A stretch of DNA of 64,000 nucleotides from Laetmonice hystrix (lineage: Eukaryota): the NCBI GenBank assembly GCA_965235115.1, contig OZ249440.1, positions 33,234,001-33,298,000 on the forward strand, written 5' to 3'. The translations under genes were made by a program, and so were the position numbers. Every line of letters starts with the position of its first letter. The stretch's first letter is position 1. The notes below the pieces were generated by a model, which was not told the DNA's origin, did no database searches, and saw nothing but the letters and a program-made list of their open reading frames with translations. Positions 59,209 to 64,000 of this stretch are shown here, piece by piece.

Positions 59209-62200
59209 AATGGATGAACATCAGTCAAGCGAGAACGCAGACAGTGATTACAGCCCATTTTCAGAAAGTGAAGTGGACTCAAGTGACCAAAATGACACTG
59301 AAAATGAGATCATTGACACAGACACTGATGACATCAGCAGAACAAAGTCCCTGTAAGTGTTACAAATATGTTGCTGAATTGATTTCAAATAATCTTTTAT
59401 GCAGGCCTGTGATTTGAACCACAGAGTGCCCCATTGGTTAGCAATAGAAATCTGTCGAGGTGCAGAGAGTTCATCCTGCCCATGTTGAGCATATATATGC
59501 AGGGCATAGAGTAATATTTTTTAAAAGGATTTTTTTTTAGAAATTGCTATAGATTTGTAGTAATTTACAAAATTATAAACTTGTTCGGTTCAGCAGTTAT
59601 TATTCAAAGTAGACAGGAAAGAAAAAAACCTCAGGTTGCATCTTTAATATTCCAGGTTTTTTTTTAATCTGACCTGATTACACTGTTCATAAATGGAGTG
59701 ACAGTCTAGGTAATGTAAAATATATGATGAACTTAAAAGATAGATCCTACAAACAATGCTAAAATGAAAAAGTTGGTTTCACTTTTTGCACTTTTATATT
59801 CATTATGTGTGCATTAACATCTGAATGTGTGTTTTCTTATACCTGTGCTTATGTTTCAGAAAGCGCCGTTACACTGCATCCGAAGTGTTAAGTGAAATAT
59901 GTGGCGAAGATAAAAAAAGAGCCAAGTTCAGATGCCCAATAGAAAATTGTGGCAAGGAGGTCATCAATTTAAATGAACATCTCCACGTTCACAATATCCA
60001 CAGAAGTTACAGGGTTGCCTTTCCTGAGGTAATAAAAGACAGGGTGAAGCAGCGTAAAGGAAAGGTAAGCGTATTTTTTAATTTAAAAAGGAACTTTACA
60101 CAAACGTGTTTTTGTTGTCGAAACGTCTCTACCACCACTTGATTTTACATCATAATTGCCCTATTCAGTAACTTCAGCAGGAAAATTTAGTTGTGATTCA
60201 TTTCAGAATTACGTTACCTTGTGTATTTCAATGGCCTCATAATTTGTAACTGGTGATGAGATCAAATCTGTCCTTAATGCTGCAACCAACATAGGTCTGG
60301 CGCTTCTCGGGTCAGTTGCAAATATGGTATCTGCTTCGTCCCCTCCCAATACACATGTCATCCCCGAGTTCATTACATAACCATGACCTGGCAGCCTGGC
60401 CGCAACAGAGGCCCAACTGGACTTTATCAGTTGTTTAAGGAAAAGAGAGGGAATTTTAGAACTGTAGCGGATGTTGAAGGTTGATTACATAATTAAAGAA
60501 GCGAACATTAGAGAAAAGACAAAGAAAGAATAAACAACTTTTAAATTGAGTACATCACTGTTTCCATTACTTCTCTTTTATTTCAGGATTATATACAAAG
60601 AATAGATGCACAGATTACAGATTAGGGCAGATCACAGAAGCTTTAGTACTCTTAATTTTGAAATTTTATATACAACTTTCAGGATCATGTATGACATCAA
60701 GAAACAGTGTAAAAGGTACCAGGTCAATAAATGAAAGAGTGCTGGGTAAGCAGCATCTCGGCAGCTAATCAATTCATCTTGGCAAGAAAATATTACAACA
60801 TAAAAGCATGTATGCGAATACAGACTGAGACAGCAAACATAACTGCCTCGTTCACAATTAGTGCATAAATATAGACCGTAAAAGGTAGCCAGTCGAGCGT
60901 CAGGCCCGTATCGGGGTTCTTGTTTACATTTTGTTTAGATTTTTTGATACCCATATTTTACCACAATGTTACTAAGGATGAAAGGTACATTTTTAAATTT
61001 GGGGTGAATTGACAGTATTCTCTTTATGGAGGCTAACGGTTGTTATGGTGGGGTCAGACTTAGCTGATATCTTGACAGAACGTTGCTTCCCTCACACATG
61101 GATAGTTGTGTGAACATGACCAAGCAGCACATCTAAAAGATTATCATAAATAACCACAAGGAAGTAGTCCCTTGAAGATGATTCATTAAAACAGTTAAAC
61201 TATTTCTTTTTGACTAGTCGTGATAATAAATTTGGCAGTGCTCTTAGAAAACAAATCAATAAATATTATTTCGTATACACTCTCAGAAGTTTGGGTGTAT
61301 AGTTATGTGGTGAAATCACCACAAGTGAAACTGGTGGTGGCAGAGGTATTTCGACAAATCGCAAGTGACTGAGTAGGAAACAGAAGTGTCAACTACTTAT
61401 GACAAATATTCACTTTTGTTGAAAACGCATACAATTTTAATAAAATTACTTTCTAAAGACCCCTAGTCAATTTATTCTGCAAGATTGGAGACTAGTACAG
61501 TAATAGTGTAAATACGATGTATGAATATTTGGAAGGGGCATATGGATATATATCATTGGTAAACGAAGCAAAAATTATTGATAGATTCGTGTATCATTCG
61601 AGCCCTAAAAGCTACAGAACTAACATTGTCTGCTTGTTTCAGGCCAAAAGAAAACTAAAGAAATGTGACGTCTGTCACAGACACGTGTACCGAATGGACC
61701 ATCATATTTTAACAAAAGTTCACAAGGCTGCACTACATGAGATGGCACAAAGGACTGAGCCCAAGGTAAAGAAATCACTACGAGTACTCACAAAACCCTG
61801 TGCCCGTGTGACGTCGCAAAAGTTTTGCAAGTGATTTTCTGATTGGTTAAAACTGTCAATGGCCTTTTTTTAAATCATTGATGGTGGGCGAATTCTGTTT
61901 ACACTGCAACTATCAGAGATGGATATCTGAGTTGGGAGAGCTTCTTATTTTTATTGATTCATATAAATCATTAGCTTTATGTCACAATCCATGTTCCCAG
62001 TCGCATTGAAGGCATGATTTTTTTTTATCCTCTTAAAGAAAAATAAATTAAATAAATGTTATTTTGCTGATGTCAATTAACCTATCATTGGCCTAATATT
62101 ACAATTGTGAGATTGCAGTAAGTCAGTGTGTATTAGTGAGTACTTAAAAGTTTGTATATACATCTATATATTTATTTTAATTGTGTAGCTGTTTTGTTTC

Positions 62201-64000
62201 TTTTTGTTGTCATGCACCTTTGTACTAATTTAGGCTTGTGTTGGCATATGGAGCTCCTATTTGTTGTTTCATAAACCTACATCTGCAGTTGCAGGAACAG
62301 TTTGACAGTGTTCAGGAGACTGATGACATGCAGCCCCCCTCTGAGGATGCAAGGGAAAATGAGCAACAGGTAAAAAATAATTTATAGTATAGCCTTATTT
62401 AAATCAGATATCATTACAGTTGATATTGTACTGGTATGTTGATGGATTCTATTGGAGTTAGGAACAGAGTTTCACAGACAGTGTATTGGCTTGAAATACA
62501 ACGCCATTTTCTTGATATACAGTATAGAGGTACACTCCATTGAAAAAAAGGCAGGCGAGAACCCTGATCGATTTTTTTAATGAATTAAATGCGAAATGAT
62601 ATCCATTTATGCAAAGAATTTCTGAAAGAACGTATCACGAATGGAGCCATATTCAGGGGAAACTGAAAGAATAATAAATCAGTTGGGCTGCATAGCAAAG
62701 CTGGACTACCTTTGACCCCTCAGTTTTGATGCTAATGTTGAGAGGTTGTAGGCTTGAGTAAAATATACCAACACCTTTTGTTATTTAATATAAATATTTG
62801 TTATTTGACTTTGATTTTCAAGGATTTCTTGATGAGAAAAAATGTAATTTTGCTTGAGAAGCTTACATTTTATACTGTTTGATGTAAAACCTTTGAGGTA
62901 AGAATTTTAAAATAAGAGATACCTATGAAAATAGGGGCACTGGCAGTGAGGACTGGGGTGATACTGACATGATATATATCATGATATGGACCCCATGATG
63001 CAGTACATATCACAATATTTTTTCACATAATACACCATGTAAAAGTGATGTACAAACGGGATGTCTTTGAGCTATGTGATAACCTTTATACTTAACATTT
63101 AAAAAAAAGAAAGTATGTAAATATGTATGTAAATCTGTGGAGCTTGCAGGTAGTGTATGGGGGGTAGGGTGAAACCTCTAGACGTCTTGGCCTTTAAGAT
63201 TAGGTCTTTAAGAATTTCTTTGGATTTTGCATTCTCATGTCTATATCTTGATATAAATACTTAACTGGCATGATGTATCATGAAGTTTGTATAGATATGC
63301 TTATTTTTGGCAAACGAATCAAATAATTATTAATACAGAAGTGTATTAGCCCAGCCCTACTGCCAATCATGACTTGACTAAAGTCAGGCTCAAGGGATAA
63401 TTTTTGAAAATGACTCAGACACCAGTCTGCAGTGGATCAAAAGTTTTAGCTTTAGTTTGCTTCCCAACTGAAAAAAGCGTATAACTGCACCAAACCAACC
63501 AATCCTGAATCAACATTTTAGGTAATGCAACAAGATCTTCAAATTCAAGCTCAAGTGTCTGATGATGAGAGACTCGAGGATTTCTTGGGCTATATGCAGT
63601 CCTTTTCTGGGGGAAATATCAAAGAAAAGCAAGCATTAAAGCACAAAGGACAAACAGTCTACATTCTTCAAGAATGCTCTGGATACAAAGTTGATGATAT
63701 TGGCCAACCAGGATTTACAAAGGCATTATCAGACTGTTTGGAGAGAAAAATGAAGACATGGTCTCCAAATACTGGAAGAACATATCTCAATTCCTTCCGA
63801 CTGTTTGTTGAGTTCGTCCTGATGATGAAAGGACTGAATCAACAGAATTATCGCAGCTTTATCACAGACAATCTTCAGGTTCAGCTACAACAACTTCGAA
63901 ATTGGAGCAAATCACTCCAGAAGGAATCAAAGAAAATCATTTCAAACAAAACCTTGGATGAGGAGACTTACGTGAATCCTTCTGATCTACAAGCATATGT
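59209..64000 (+). CDS. 5' part of a spliced gene: acidic N-terminus, two C2H2-like fingers and a putative tyrosine-recombinase core-binding domain; exons 59209-59352, 59860-60064, 61643-61765, ~62289-62369, 63522-(window end)
   Basis: Phase-consistent GT-AG junctions. Fingers CPIENC....NL.EHL..H and CDVC....RMDHH....H. The last exon is open for 159 codons with F..YMQS.SGG.....A..H and SPNTGRTYLNSFRLFVEF. Confidence 0.7.

Overview
Repeat-dense eukaryotic DNA with GT-AG introns, most likely from a metazoan invertebrate; no prokaryotic genes, RNA genes or CRISPR arrays were seen. From left to right: (1) the 3' exons of an unknown spliced gene (to 1920); (2) minisatellites and Helitron-like repeats; (3) a degenerate CR1/L2-group LINE (minus strand) next to a solo LTR; (4) composite non-autonomous repeats and MITEs; (5) an internally deleted Ngaro/DIRS-type tyrosine-recombinase retroelement (SGNH hydrolase, gag, start of RT); (6) 3' exons of a SAMD3-like gene; (7) a complete 8.8-kb P-superfamily transposon (TIRs, 7-bp TSD, 9-exon THAP transposase broken only by two MITEs); (8) a rho-class glutathione S-transferase gene that appears to splice to an upstream exon resembling a mitochondrial targeting sequence; (9) a LINE tail with a 1.1-kb (ATCC)n tract; (10) a 4.75-kb satellite of ~180-bp units behind a perfect hairpin; (11) the 5' exons of a zinc-finger protein that continues into a probable tyrosine-recombinase core-binding domain and runs off the window end. 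All family calls come from motifs recognised by eye; no database search was run.
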